From the IMG/VR virus record IMGVR_UViG_3300044723_007864: 37,915 nt of DNA; one strand, 5' to 3'. Position numbers and translations under genes: made by a program. Source of the DNA: an uncultured virus (IMG/VR IMGVR_UViG_3300044723_007864) (Duplodnaviria; Heunggongvirae; Uroviricota; Caudoviricetes). Shown one piece after another: positions 19,901 through 27,875 of the stretch; within the stretch, counting starts at the first letter, position 1; every line of letters begins with the position of its first letter. The notes beneath the pieces are model-generated. The model made no database searches, was not told the DNA's origin, and saw nothing but the letters and a program-made list of their open reading frames with translations.

Positions 19901-20664
19901 ACCATTACGATATATATAATAATGACCGCGTACACACCATACCAGATTTACAATATGATCAGAACTACAAGTGGAGTGTTCAAGCACAGGACACAGATGC
20001 CGGCTCAAACTATCAAGGTTTCCAACCGGAAACAAGGACCGGTACATTCACAACAGCATTTTTTCCAACACCGCGGATCGCACATTCCTTTCAAGTAGTA
20101 TATGTCGACGGTATTAAAATCGCTTGGTTTGTCGATGACCATCCCGACACTGGAGATGAGGTCACTGCCTACGATATATATTGGAGCAATCAAGTCACGG
20201 GTTCCGGAGGTGCTCATACGATACCAATGCCCGGTGGTAGCAATCTGTACACGATTTCAAATCTAGCAATTCATGAACCGTATTCTGTTGGTATCCGCGC
20301 CCGGTCTAACGAGGGAGAGTCTGCATATCGGGTACAAAACATCACAACTGGTAAGATTCTACCTCCGGATATTGAGTTTTTTGATGTCACACCTACCAGT
20401 TTTAAAATCATGCTCACCACAGATTCAATGGATTACAACGCTCAGTACTATGGTGTGAAATTAAACGGCGCTTCCAGTTTCAATTCCATAACCGGGAAAA
20501 CTAACCAGTTAACCAGCTCTCAAATATCCACGAGTCCATTTTCCCCCGGAGATGACGTTGAGCTTGAAGTGCAGCAGATGATCCGCACCCCGGGGACCAC
20601 CAACAACACCGGCTTTCTTAATTCGGATCTTGTCACCTTTTATCTCACACTCCCATATTCATGA
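16909..20664 (+). CDS. Fibronectin type III repeat fibre/decoration protein (about 13 Fn3 domains, Thr/Ser-rich)
   Basis: Repeating units of about 85-95 aa with the pattern SVTLSW...Y...YTITGLSPDTNYTW. TGATG coupling to the upstream gene, preceded by GGAGG. Confidence 0.88.
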   Translation: MRHEERVRTVATNAIRKASILNSSPGDASIELIDTIEQVDITVNTPEEVESNETLQTLRKYLFPPPPEPVPTAWKLSSPVIGDIVLADNLLATFNWSETINADDYTLVINGTSYSNVSSPYQIQLEHNTSYTWAVVANAIGFESSTPVGGTFTTPGLPGLSVSNKTVGTTSTENSVTLSWDAVPAAESYNLIFNGVTYTNVTSPYTITGLSPDTNYTWVLIAIAAGYADTTISGGTVNTSVGQLDTPDVTTREAFTSIRFEWDDVSNAQAYNLTIGSYTYDNVSSPYTKTYLQPGTEYTWSLIAIADGYNSATSSGSSTTTADLNVTDTATPDSVSLEWSDVVVDTDPTAPPAQYAVYRDGNLVSGPSTVTNYTFTGLGVSETVVWEVRVVNSANTQTYRQYGGSTTTVVLPQLDAPEITGVSSTATSVTLTFTADTNATGGVLVFDGQTYNNVTSPHTVTGLTQDEAYTYSLKSTAANYVDSDTVNGTAYAVAPISGKGPDVVIPVVTISSNSVSMALVYYPDSGNKSIVSYEIFFSHESSGETTTNTPYVKTGLTPVTTYTYTLIGKNLNGQVSYQSSPRHFTTTASPIKARLATPYLSAPQISTRAVTFTWSQDIFTTSNTLVFDGQTYNDVTSPHTITGLTPDTQYAYSLSSETIAEEILNSVAASGTVQTTALTQLDTPTVTSTSTTNAATLTWNSNGNLSGAEYDLVFNGQTYNDVTSPHTITGLAPDTQYSYSLTAYRDDNDYIDSSPATGTVTTTALTQLATPDNITTSNITDTSFELNWDASEGAEQYRVQINGTDHTTSATTYTATGLTHDSTQSWELQAIDTDGSHQNSKYRTGQVDTLQTRLPQPTVTQSDLTYNSITISWTPDPRATHYEVFISGEEGSGVPSDTNLMVTDGTYTSSNLTPEIDYSWLVRAKDSTGTYLQSIDLFGYFTTPADTRPTTGAFTVEEYVEDTSITLSWTHSTWADRYLIQCWLVQANGTLTSVYEEYHYDIYNNDRVHTIPDLQYDQNYKWSVQAQDTDAGSNYQGFQPETRTGTFTTAFFPTPRIAHSFQVVYVDGIKIAWFVDDHPDTGDEVTAYDIYWSNQVTGSGGAHTIPMPGGSNLYTISNLAIHEPYSVGIRARSNEGESAYRVQNITTGKILPPDIEFFDVTPTSFKIMLTTDSMDYNAQYYGVKLNGASSFNSITGKTNQLTSSQISTSPFSPGDDVELEVQQMIRTPGTTNNTGFLNSDLVTFYLTLPYS
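18781..19130 (+). repeat. Nucleotide-level duplication of an Fn3 module (261-nt period)
   Basis: The 47-nt sequence ggtcaaacatacaacgacgtgaccagtccacacactatcactggtct is identical at 18793-18839 and 19054-19100. A third near-identical copy lies at about 18241-18300. Confidence 0.9.
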
Positions 20665-22928
20665 AACCATACACAACAGATTATTTGAACAACGCCACAG
20701 AATCAAGGCTGTATCTGGCTGATAGAGATGTGGCTGATCAGGTGCGATTACCATACGAGTGGCGTGAGATCAAGATCAAACCCAACGATCTGGTCACAAC
20801 ACACGTGATCAATGGAGCCATAACCAAGTTGTATGACAATTTGTTGTACATCTTGTCACAATCGATGGTACCATCTTCACTCATACCAGACAAACAACCT
20901 TTTGTTAACACCACAAACAGGAATATCATAGGGCAATTCTACTCAACTAACACCGGTATAGATCAATTATCCTCGGTGAGTAGTTACAGTTACACGGACA
21001 TACCCTCTTTATCTGCCAGCTCACTACTAACAGCTATGAACAAAATGAACACCGGCTTGTTCACTGTGTCTAGTAGTGGTCACGATTGTGGTGTTGTGTT
21101 GTTGGACAATGGATTTGTCGGTGGATTGCTCTCAATGAGGCAGGATCCACAGACTAATCGAATGGTCGTGCTTGGTAGTGGTACAAATGTAGACAATGTG
21201 ACTGAGAAACTACTACCATCTAATAACAATGCTGAAGTTGCTACAGCACTTGGAGGTACATTCACCGGAGCCGGCGGATGGTATACAGCAAATCCATCAA
21301 ATTTATTTGGAGCTACTGCTTTTAATGTTACAGATATTGGGCAAAATAGCTCATGGGTTTTCATGCTCGGAGGAGCGCTTAATCAGAAATATGTGTGGGT
21401 GGAAACAGAATCTAGCAACTCGGCTTGGATTTTTATTGTAGGTTTTGGTTGGCTTTATTATTCTCAACAATTCTACCCATGGGTGTATACTGTGTCTGAC
21501 ACACAAGCCGGCCCAGCTGGTTGGTTGTACATCACAGATCAATACGCACCCGCGGATGTCATTGTGTACAATTGGCAGGATGGGTTGTCATATGATGTTG
21601 ATTGGAGTGATCCTGTTGCTTCTGTGAACAGCACGTTCGATTCTGAAGGTATCGATTTCGCACTGGCTGGTGTTGATGCACCGAACCGCGTGGTGATACA
21701 AGCTCGTCTTCGATTGTATCAAGACACTCTATACATTTTAAATCCCACACACAACAACATATTAAAATACGACATCTCTGGTGTGACACGACACGACAAT
21801 TCATTTTTCAATCCAGATGACAACATAAATGGGAGGATATTACTTGACACGATCGGAGGTACCGGTAGCGTGTACGATGACGCACGTTACAACAGTTTGA
21901 CTTGCATGGCTATTGATGATAGTGGTCAGATATACTTGGTGGATGTTGATACAGATGTGGTGGTTGTGAAAAAATACGACACGTACATGAATCACATATC
22001 AACACATGATGTGTCCGCACACATGACTGACATGACACCAGTTGATATCGAATACATGAACAATCGACTGTACATGCTCACCAATGGTCAAATAATCGAG
22101 TGGACAACCAATTTGGAGAAGCTGAAAACATGGACGCTAACTGATGAACTCGTGGCTGGAGAAGCGTATACATCACTCACACCAAGCAAGGAAAACAGCA
22201 ATGTTGTGTATGTCGCTACCACAGGAAATGTGTTCAAGAAATTTTTATCCAAGCTCGACAGCGGCATAGGTAAGCTCACATACGCTGATAGAGGCATGAA
22301 ATTACCGGAAACCATGCAAATTAGATTTGTTTCAACAGTGGATCAAGGAGATGTTGAGCATGTGTTTGTCGGTGACGCGGGCACCGCTATAATATATAGA
22401 TTCATCGAGTCATCAAACTACCAACGAATCATGAATCAAACATTCGAGTCTAGATTTGTATCACTCGATAGTTTACTGGTGAAAGGTGATGAGTTTGTGA
22501 GCACCGTTGTGTACAACAAAACAATGGCCAAATTGTTCTACAATCACGCGATCGTGTCCAACAGTATCACATCCAAATTGCTAAGTGAATACGCCGGAAC
22601 CAAGACAAAAAAATTCCGCACAAGTCAGTACCTTTTACAAGAGTACGTGCAGAGTAGAGCGTTCGGTACAATACCCAAACTGAACAATTTTGTGGGTATC
22701 AACGAGATGCTGCTCAATTCCACGATCAACAGAACACTAGAACAGATATACGATTTTCAACTCAAGCTGTTAGCTGATATTGACACACATGTAATTGACT
22801 CACCGGTGTATTTTAGCAACATACCGGATCAACCGATAACTGATACTATATCACCGGACACCAAGTTTGCATATGTGTCTTCTGGTGTAAATACCGGTGA
22901 ATGGAAACTAGAAAGCGAGCTAGAATAG
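20661..22928 (+). CDS. Virion structural protein with NHL/beta-propeller-like repeats and an inserted Trp-rich module
   Basis: 755-aa ORF with ATGA coupling. IGGTGS...YNSLTCMAIDDSGQIYLVD is an NHL-like repeat. It directly precedes the spike gene. Confidence 0.7.
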   Translation: MKPYTTDYLNNATESRLYLADRDVADQVRLPYEWREIKIKPNDLVTTHVINGAITKLYDNLLYILSQSMVPSSLIPDKQPFVNTTNRNIIGQFYSTNTGIDQLSSVSSYSYTDIPSLSASSLLTAMNKMNTGLFTVSSSGHDCGVVLLDNGFVGGLLSMRQDPQTNRMVVLGSGTNVDNVTEKLLPSNNNAEVATALGGTFTGAGGWYTANPSNLFGATAFNVTDIGQNSSWVFMLGGALNQKYVWVETESSNSAWIFIVGFGWLYYSQQFYPWVYTVSDTQAGPAGWLYITDQYAPADVIVYNWQDGLSYDVDWSDPVASVNSTFDSEGIDFALAGVDAPNRVVIQARLRLYQDTLYILNPTHNNILKYDISGVTRHDNSFFNPDDNINGRILLDTIGGTGSVYDDARYNSLTCMAIDDSGQIYLVDVDTDVVVVKKYDTYMNHISTHDVSAHMTDMTPVDIEYMNNRLYMLTNGQIIEWTTNLEKLKTWTLTDELVAGEAYTSLTPSKENSNVVYVATTGNVFKKFLSKLDSGIGKLTYADRGMKLPETMQIRFVSTVDQGDVEHVFVGDAGTAIIYRFIESSNYQRIMNQTFESRFVSLDSLLVKGDEFVSTVVYNKTMAKLFYNHAIVSNSITSKLLSEYAGTKTKKFRTSQYLLQEYVQSRAFGTIPKLNNFVGINEMLLNSTINRTLEQIYDFQLKLLADIDTHVIDSPVYFSNIPDQPITDTISPDTKFAYVSSGVNTGEWKLESELE

Positions 22929-22929
22929 C

Positions 22930-25437
22930 ATGTTAGAAAAGTACGATGGCATGTACATTGGTATTGTTGTGCAGAACAATGATCCTGAGAAGCGTGGTCG
23001 GATCAAAGCGTATGTACCACATGTGAATGCCGGTGTGTATGAAAACTGGTATGGTGTTAAAAAGGACAAGAGTTTCCGATTTGTTGGGAGAAACATAGAC
23101 AGTGATCTCGGGGACATACTAGCTGATCTGAAAACAATTCTCCCATGGTCTGAGCAAGCGGCCCCACTCGCCGGTCAAGTGAGCACCGGCCGGTACAACG
23201 CATATAACAAACTAGGAAGCGTGTCTGACACAAACACATTGACCAACTTTCAAGCACCATCAGGATATCAGCCTGGTGAGGATAGTCTGAACAACGATGG
23301 TATAGGTGAGTCTCCCGCTAGAAAATACGAGATTGATCATCTACAACTCAAGGATGCATTTTCAAGCGCAGAGCATGGTTCTCCACAAGGTGCAAAACGA
23401 CCCAACAAGTATAGTTACGATTACAAACCCGCTAGTTACAGCAACTGCGCCAAGGGTGTGTTCGCCATACCAGATGTTGGCGCACATGTGTGGTGTTTTT
23501 ATCGAGATGGTGATGTGCAGCACCCAGCTTATTTTGCGGCCGCTCTTGGTCAACAAGATTGGCAAGGCGTGTTTGGCACGGCTGATGGTGCCAGTCCGGA
23601 TTACCCAGGTGCATACGAGAATGAATCAGATGCAGATTCTGACATACAAGACCTGAACATCGAGACATACAGAAACAAGTTTTTAATAAACCAAAAAGGT
23701 GGCACTCTGGAGTTTGTGAACACGGACAATCGTGAGATTCTCAAGATGACACATTACAGTGGTTCGTTCAAAGAATTCAACAACAACACCACTGTGGAGC
23801 TAGCGGCTAAAAATGATCAAAAACTAGTTTTGCATGATCAATATTTGACTGTGAATGGGTATGGTGGATGGTACGTGGGTCGTGACTTGGATCATATCAT
23901 ACAAGGTGATCACTTTTTACGAGTGGGTAAACAAAATGACGCACTGCATCGAGCCTGGCGAGAAAAGGCACGTGAGATGCATCATATCAAACAACTATTT
24001 GAGACACAGCGTGCCGATCAGAGCGCCAACAAAGCGGTGTTACCTGGAGCATTTGTGAGTCCGTTGCAAGACAAGAAAGGTAACAACGCAGCACCATGTC
24101 CGGTGTGTAAACCGAATGAATCATCACGTGGTGACGTCAGTTACGATTTGAATGAGGAGATTGGTGCTTATGTACAACCAACCGGACATGGTCACGATCA
24201 TGAGGTAGATGATCGAACCAAAGCACATGCTGATTCTGCGGGTAACTCTCCAAGCGAAGGACTGGACTTGCAGATTGGCGATCTAGGCAGTTGGTCATTT
24301 CCTGCAAATCACGCAGATGGTACACCGCTCAGTGTGGTTCCGGATGGATCAAGCGGTCAAACAGGTCTGAATGACCCTTGCCCGGCTTGTGACAGTGGGT
24401 TCATCATGGGCTCCATGGATGGTACATGGGACGTTGAACCACGCAAGATAGCTTCAACATGGTTACAAGAAGCCAAGCGTATCGTCGGCGAACTAGCCGA
24501 TATAGAATCTGGCCTGGGCATGGGTGGCAGTGAGGTGGTCAACGTGGCCAAACACAAGACCGAAACGATAGGCATGGTGATGAATGATTTCGGCAGTGTT
24601 CGTGTTGATACAGAAGGTAAATATTACAAGAGTGGTGTTCATGTGTTGAGTCACAGCGTGGTGAACAACCGCGAGGTGTCACCTGTTGTGGAATATGTGC
24701 ATGTAGATGACCTACCTGGTGGTAGTTACACATTGAACGTGTGTAACCGATGGAATGTACAAGTGGGTGCCGGTGGCTTGAGCATGAAAAGTTATGGACC
24801 AGTCGATATAGGCGGTACCATAACCAACATCGGTGGTACACAAGTGAACATCGGTAGCGAGAACGAGGTGAACATTGACGGTGGCAAGCGTGTCAACATC
24901 GTGGGTGATATACTAACATTACGTCAACGAACAGGCAAGCAAGTGTTGGTTGATAGTAACTTGGGTGTGTCGAGAAATGTGGTGATTGGCGGCGGATTGC
25001 ACGTGGAAGGTGAAGTCACATTGAATCATGTGACCGCGCCTGGTGAGATACAGGAAACATACGAAACAGAATGCTGGGGCCGCGGGGAGTGGGAACGAGA
25101 AAGAATAATCGGGTGGAGGAAAAGCGGTACTGTACAACAGATGCGAGAAGTTGGGGGCAATATGGTGCTGGTTAATGTTTCAACTGCTGAACCGGTTTAT
25201 TCACGGTTTTTCAAGGACGATAGTGCGATCGGAGCGAACAGCATGTTCGATCAGGACTATTTTTCGGAGGATGATAGTATTCGATTATACCCACATAGTC
25301 ATCACTTCAACAATCTACCACTCACCCTCAAGAAAAAGAATGAAGATGTTCGATTACAAGCATCAAATTACCATGATGGTGATCGTCAACCACCAAAAGA
25401 CCGGCAGTGGAAAAACGCGGAAGGAAAAGTTGAGTAA
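22930..25437 (+). CDS. gp5: Baseplate central spike, gp5/VgrG-like (OB-fold plus beta-helix, no recognisable lysozyme domain)
   Basis: YIGIVVQNNDPEKRGRIKAYVP, LPW and IPDVGAHVWCFYRDGD..HPAYFA form the OB-fold. THYSGSFKEF and Val/Gly-rich beta repeats follow. C-terminal PHSHH motif. Confidence 0.85.
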   Translation: MLEKYDGMYIGIVVQNNDPEKRGRIKAYVPHVNAGVYENWYGVKKDKSFRFVGRNIDSDLGDILADLKTILPWSEQAAPLAGQVSTGRYNAYNKLGSVSDTNTLTNFQAPSGYQPGEDSLNNDGIGESPARKYEIDHLQLKDAFSSAEHGSPQGAKRPNKYSYDYKPASYSNCAKGVFAIPDVGAHVWCFYRDGDVQHPAYFAAALGQQDWQGVFGTADGASPDYPGAYENESDADSDIQDLNIETYRNKFLINQKGGTLEFVNTDNREILKMTHYSGSFKEFNNNTTVELAAKNDQKLVLHDQYLTVNGYGGWYVGRDLDHIIQGDHFLRVGKQNDALHRAWREKAREMHHIKQLFETQRADQSANKAVLPGAFVSPLQDKKGNNAAPCPVCKPNESSRGDVSYDLNEEIGAYVQPTGHGHDHEVDDRTKAHADSAGNSPSEGLDLQIGDLGSWSFPANHADGTPLSVVPDGSSGQTGLNDPCPACDSGFIMGSMDGTWDVEPRKIASTWLQEAKRIVGELADIESGLGMGGSEVVNVAKHKTETIGMVMNDFGSVRVDTEGKYYKSGVHVLSHSVVNNREVSPVVEYVHVDDLPGGSYTLNVCNRWNVQVGAGGLSMKSYGPVDIGGTITNIGGTQVNIGSENEVNIDGGKRVNIVGDILTLRQRTGKQVLVDSNLGVSRNVVIGGGLHVEGEVTLNHVTAPGEIQETYETECWGRGEWERERIIGWRKSGTVQQMREVGGNMVLVNVSTAEPVYSRFFKDDSAIGANSMFDQDYFSEDDSIRLYPHSHHFNNLPLTLKKKNEDVRLQASNYHDGDRQPPKDRQWKNAEGKVE

Positions 25438-25439
25438 AT

Positions 25440-25997
25440 TCAATCGATCAACCGTCTCAACAACTCATGCTCTTCTTCTCCGTGGTTTTTTCTGATGTGT
25501 TGAGAGACAGACTGCAATTCTCGTGCATCACATTGTTGTAAATACTTCAAAACCACCGCAAAATCGCCTTGCTCCCAACATTGCAATATTTGTTGCTTGG
25601 TCGTATCAAAATCCCCTGGTTTGGAAACAATAGTTGGTGTGTACACACAGAAATTGTAAAAAAACATCATGAAACACACAGCAGCAACCCATGTGATGAT
25701 CGAGGTGATCAAATATCCATGATTCAACAACAACAAACCTGTCACAACAGCAGCCACACTGTGGTAACACGCCTGGAACCAGTCAAATCTAGCGCGAATT
25801 CGTCTCAACACGTGTAATTTCACTGGTCTCACATGAACAATCATGGAGCAACAACCAGAACCGATCAAACACAGCGAGGCAAACCACGTGAACACAATCA
25901 CCACATGGGTGAGCCACATGACAGGTGGGGAGATCAACAGATCATAAGCGTACAAACACACAGGTAACAAACACAAACATAAAACATGATGGATCAT
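25440..25997 (-). CDS. Hypothetical integral membrane protein (about 4 TM segments, soluble C-terminal tail)
   Basis: Four hydrophobic stretches. ATG 25997 (MIHHVL) is preferred over 26045 because TATAAT lies 6 nt upstream. Confidence 0.65.
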   Translation of the reverse strand: MIHHVLCLCLLPVCLYAYDLLISPPVMWLTHVVIVFTWFASLCLIGSGCCSMIVHVRPVKLHVLRRIRARFDWFQACYHSVAAVVTGLLLLNHGYLITSIITWVAAVCFMMFFYNFCVYTPTIVSKPGDFDTTKQQILQCWEQGDFAVVLKYLQQCDARELQSVSQHIRKNHGEEEHELLRRLID

Positions 25998-26003
25998 ACA
26001 ATG

Positions 26004-26032
26004 ATTATAACGTATCACCATGTGGAAAACAA
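26004..26032 (-). promoter_or_regulatory. Putative sigma70-type promoter TTGTTT-N17-TATAAT
   Basis: -10 box at 26009-26004, -35 box at 26032-26027, 17-nt spacer, 6 nt before the ATG. Confidence 0.6.
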
Positions 26033-26038
26033 TAAATA
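26031..26038 (+). promoter_or_regulatory. Putative late promoter (AATAAATA)
   Basis: Lies 5 nt before ATG 26044. Confidence 0.6.
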
Positions 26039-26043
26039 TTTGC

Positions 26044-26358
26044 ATGAACTTGTTGATTTCCGGACGATTGAGCAGACCTCCAAGTTCAGTTCATTGCTTC
26101 CGAGATGTCACGCTGTATGCATCCGTGTTTCGTGAGATGGACGTGTTGTTGATGTGTCGCAAGCACAACATTGATCGCAACTGGCGATGGCTCAAACAGC
26201 ACGGAGCTTTTGATTTTATCCAAGACATAGTAGAGTATCAACAAGAGCCTGGTATCATGGTTTCTCCCGTGAGACCCACCAATATACACACAGATATACT
26301 AGTTGAACACCAATTACAGCACATTATAACACAATTGACAGTGTACACTGACCAGTGA
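26044..26358 (+). CDS. Hypothetical protein
   Basis: 104 aa from MNLLISG. It fills the gap between the divergent promoters and the next gene. The ORF track starts it at 26020. Confidence 0.65.
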   Translation: MNLLISGRLSRPPSSVHCFRDVTLYASVFREMDVLLMCRKHNIDRNWRWLKQHGAFDFIQDIVEYQQEPGIMVSPVRPTNIHTDILVEHQLQHIITQLTVYTDQ

Positions 26359-26361
26359 GGT

Positions 26362-26369
26362 AATAAATA
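26362..26369 (+). promoter_or_regulatory. Putative late promoter (AATAAATA)
   Basis: Intergenic, 13 nt before ATG 26383. Confidence 0.55.
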
Positions 26370-26382
26370 ACTATACATATAT

Positions 26383-27837
26383 ATGAATCACGATCAAGCC
26401 AGCAATCTATCATCATTGGATCCAGAGTATGACCAGTACATGACCGAAATCACACAGATATTATGTGAGGACAACATCGGAATCACACCATCCACATTGA
26501 AAGAATCCATCCAACACGACAAACACTCTGTACAACGAGTCGATCGCGTGTATCGTGAACGTGAAAAACAATTGATGTCACAACTACGCCACGCTGAACA
26601 TCAACACAAACAAGCCATTCAACAACATCAACAAGAGAAAGAAAGATTTCAATCTTTTCAAGCTGAATGGCTGAGAGAGCAACAGGCACAACAAGATCAA
26701 TTACGAGTTTTAAATGAGCAATTACAAGACATGCAGATCGCATTGCGCAATGAACAGCAAGAGCAGCAGAGACATGCGCAGGATCAGACTGATAAGATAC
26801 AAGAACGAGAGTCAATTTTAGAAAACGCCAAACATCAATTCACCGAGCATACAAAACAGTGGGAACAACAACGTGCTGTTATTGAAAAGAGATCGAACGA
26901 AAAACTATCACAAAAAATACAGGAGGCTGTTGAGGCGAAGAACAGATATGATGAGCTACAACTCGAACACACTAAATTGAGAGATGATCATGACGGTCTA
27001 CAGTTTGAGCATGCTGAATTGAAATATGAACATGGTGAACTGAATGAAGCTCATGATAAACTGATCAAATCCCGGGATCAACTTAAAGAGACAGTACAGC
27101 GTGTCGATCAACAGAAATACAAACTCGAAAACAAGCTTCAAGACATGCGACAGAAGCAGAAAAAGATCGAAAATGACACAAAAACAATAGCTGAATCCAT
27201 CATATCATTTTTATCATCACGTGATATTGAAATCGAAGAATTTAACGGATCATTACCAACCGCTCAAGAGTTCGACAGGTGTCTCAAATTGCTTGAAACA
27301 TATGTGACACGTGTTGGTAAAGATACTCGCGAATTTGTCGAGCAACATTACCTAACCATGTTAGATGTATTTAACGATGACCACCCGGCTAAATCGGTCA
27401 CAACCGACACTGAACAGAAAGACAAAACTAAATTTGATTATGATGACATGAAAAAACGTCTCAAAAAATACCAAGACCAGTTGTCTGAATATTATCATTT
27501 GAAAGCTCAAGATCAGTCACCCATCATAAACGAGATGAACACATCTGATTTCAATCCGGAAGACTTTTTCAAAAACCTACAAGCCGCCAAAAGTGAAGAA
27601 GAGAGTGCATCAGGTTCTAGTGCTGGTGGTGGAGGTGGTGGTGATTTTGATCCAGATGGAGGCGTGCGTCATATATGTAGCAAGTGGTATGATTATTATA
27701 TTGACGGTAAAACACTACAGGAGCTCGTGAACATTCACGGTACTGGTAGCACGCTGAACCAGATAGTTGAAGCTCACAACCCACAAGCGACTCTAGATAC
27801 TACTAACAAATCAATTTGTTATCCCAAGCCCATCTAG
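26383..27837 (+). CDS. Long coiled-coil protein with Gly/Ser linker and small C-terminal domain
   Basis: Gln/Glu/Lys-rich heptads over about aa 55-275; SASGSSAGGGGGG linker. Confidence 0.8.
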   Translation: MNHDQASNLSSLDPEYDQYMTEITQILCEDNIGITPSTLKESIQHDKHSVQRVDRVYREREKQLMSQLRHAEHQHKQAIQQHQQEKERFQSFQAEWLREQQAQQDQLRVLNEQLQDMQIALRNEQQEQQRHAQDQTDKIQERESILENAKHQFTEHTKQWEQQRAVIEKRSNEKLSQKIQEAVEAKNRYDELQLEHTKLRDDHDGLQFEHAELKYEHGELNEAHDKLIKSRDQLKETVQRVDQQKYKLENKLQDMRQKQKKIENDTKTIAESIISFLSSRDIEIEEFNGSLPTAQEFDRCLKLLETYVTRVGKDTREFVEQHYLTMLDVFNDDHPAKSVTTDTEQKDKTKFDYDDMKKRLKKYQDQLSEYYHLKAQDQSPIINEMNTSDFNPEDFFKNLQAAKSEEESASGSSAGGGGGGDFDPDGGVRHICSKWYDYYIDGKTLQELVNIHGTGSTLNQIVEAHNPQATLDTTNKSICYPKPI

Positions 27838-27862
27838 CAGGTTGATTGACCTGCGACACACA

Positions 27863-27870
27863 CATAAATA
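27863..27870 (+). promoter_or_regulatory. Putative late promoter (CATAAATA) within a 7-bp hairpin
   Basis: CACACAC-ATAAATAC-GTGTGTG; lies 5 nt before the in-frame GTG 27876. Confidence 0.65.
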
Positions 27871-27875
27871 CGTGT

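Noticed and set aside
16909..20664. Numerous N-x-S/T sequons as evidence of N-glycosylation
   Set aside because: They are expected from the high Asn/Thr/Ser content, and no oligosaccharyltransferase is present.
1649..25437. Bacterial eCIS/T6SS locus or giant-virus (NCLDV) origin
   Set aside because: The T4-type gp25/gp6/gp5 set, a gp44 clamp loader and TATAAATA late boxes together indicate a T4-like tailed phage.
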